This document shows, piece by piece, positions 63,038-64,000 of a stretch of 64,000 nt of DNA. Positions within the stretch are counted from its first letter, which is position 1, and each line of letters begins with the position of its first letter. A program made the translations under genes and the position numbers. The notes beneath the pieces were generated by a model. The model had not been told where the DNA came from. It saw only the letters and a program-made list of their open reading frames with translations, and searched no databases. The stretch is from an uncultured Eubacteriales bacterium (lineage in GTDB: Bacteria; Bacillota; Clostridia; Oscillospirales; CAG-272), in the NCBI GenBank assembly GCA_934432725.1, contig CAKRZE010000001.1:137945-201944 (forward strand), read 5' to 3'.

Positions 63038-64000
63038 TCAGTCCTTGCCTCCCGGCACGGCTCTTGCAATGATCGCTCTGGAATCCAATGCACCGTCGAT
63101 GCGGACCGTAAATCCGATTTCCGAAAGCGCATAGCCGCTCATCCGTCCCACGGGCACATCGTTCACCGTGACCTCATACGGAAGATCATAGGAAAGTCCG
63201 CGGAACCGAACGTGAAATTCCGGATTTTCCGGCTTTGTCAGCGTAAACACCCCGATCATAGCCACCGTGCGGTCCTTTGCCGCAAGCTCCAGAATACCTG
63301 CCGCATCCGGCGCATGCTCGTCCACAACCGGCGTGTGATGGAATACCCGGCAGCCGGGAAGCACGGGACGCAGCACCTCTTTATAGGTCCGGAGCATACG
63401 CTTGATCTTATCCGCCTGCGCTTCATTCATGGAAACCCATTCCGGGATATGGTAAGAGAATACCGGGTTGCCGAAGCGGGCGACATTCAGCTGAAAGTCC
63501 AGCGTTGCCGCGACATGCACATTCTGTCCGCCGATTCCGCGCACCATATATTCCATCGGCAAAAGCATGGAGCAGCCGTTGATCACGCGGTAAGACATCG
63601 GAGCCACCTGCTGGTCGGTGATCCATGTGTTTGACATCGGCTGGAGCATACCGGCATCGATCCGCGCTCCGCCGCCGGCACAGTTCTGGAAAATAACACG
63701 CGGATACTTTTTGCGCAGACGCTTAAACAGCGCATACCAGTTTGCGTAATACCGCAGATCGCGGTTTTCCGGAATTCCCGCATGGTCCATCACGGAGGCA
63801 AAGGAATACGCGCCGGAATCAAGCCTGAAAAAGTCAAGATCATAACGCTCGATCAGTCCGCAGATCGTATCCTCCGCCCACTTCAGTCCCTCCGGCACCG
63901 AAATGTCCGCCACGCGGCTGGCGCCGTCAATTGTATAGCCTCCGTCATAGCCGACAAGCTTCGGCGGGTATTCCGCATCCCAGAGCACACTGCGCGGTCC
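63038..64000 (-). CDS. GH36 alpha-galactosidase, C-terminal part (gene start beyond the window)
   Basis: FFRLDSGAY..., and NCAGGGARIDAG resembles the GH36 CxGGGxR(F/I)D motif. The frame is open to the window end. Confidence 0.7.
   Translation of the reverse strand, partial: GPRSVLWDAEYPPKLVGYDGGYTIDGASRVADISVPEGLKWAEDTICGLIERYDLDFFRLDSGAYSFASVMDHAGIPENRDLRYYANWYALFKRLRKKYPRVIFQNCAGGGARIDAGMLQPMSNTWITDQQVAPMSYRVINGCSMLLPMEYMVRGIGGQNVHVAATLDFQLNVARFGNPVFSYHIPEWVSMNEAQADKIKRMLRTYKEVLRPVLPGCRVFHHTPVVDEHAPDAAGILELAAKDRTVAMIGVFTLTKPENPEFHVRFRGLSYDLPYEVTVNDVPVGRMSGYALSEIGFTVRIDGALDSRAIIARAVPGGKD

Noticed and set aside
62662-63132. 157-codon N-terminal extension of the M29 aminopeptidase ORF.
   Set aside because: It has Arg/Gly/Ala-rich composition and overlaps the GH36 gene end. 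The family-typical N-terminus MKKTVLRKYAQLIV starts at 62661.

Overview
This window looks like a chromosomal, mostly housekeeping segment from a moderately GC-rich Clostridia-type Firmicute. The taxon is an inference from gene content, Gram-positive style RBS and promoters, a T-box leader, and the rimP-nusA-ylxR-ylxQ-infB order. I support about 45 protein genes.

Protein genes, in order:
- azlCD, a GT-C-like membrane protein, and an MMPL exporter overlapping a ~1790 aa GLUG/coiled-coil surface protein.
- hom, an AGCS symporter, a DUF218 protein, and two PHP histidinol-phosphatase paralogs.
- A GntR/ABC/giant-permease operon, a NagD-like phosphatase, nfnAB, an ABC-F ATPase, and thrS.
- Three uncharacterised genes: a P-loop protein, a Cys-rich protein, and a PD-(D/E)xK-like protein.
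- pgi, pdxK, rsuA-like, htrA, an AEC permease, a SIS protein, a prs-like gene, and a P-type ATPase.
- A GATase, an alpha/beta hydrolase, an XRE-TPR regulator, a DivIVA-domain protein, ygiQ, the infB operon, an M29 aminopeptidase, and a partial GH36 alpha-galactosidase.

RNA features: a type-A RNase P RNA (36.5-36.9 kb, minus strand) and a Thr T-box leader upstream of thrS.

The most unusual signal is non-coding. It is a family of promoter-headed, about 95-130 nt structured modules of two kinds.
- A-type: a closing helix around three hairpins, then a conserved TTGACGG..CGYAAAAATG tail, with or without a terminator.
- X-type: a GCGGATAACA head plus a core that is the reverse complement of the A tail.

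These modules occur at 24.4-24.6 kb (minus), 43.6-43.7 kb (plus), and as a four-module head-to-tail array at 45.3-45.8 kb. Decayed echoes appear in other intergenic gaps.

Other notable points:
- Inverted, ~92% identical 3' ends of the two PHP paralogs bracket 17 kb.
- A low-GC islet at 15.2-15.9 kb carries a third PHP remnant.
- Several unusually long unassigned intergenic stretches remain.

I found no CRISPR array, rRNA, tRNA, transposase or integrase.
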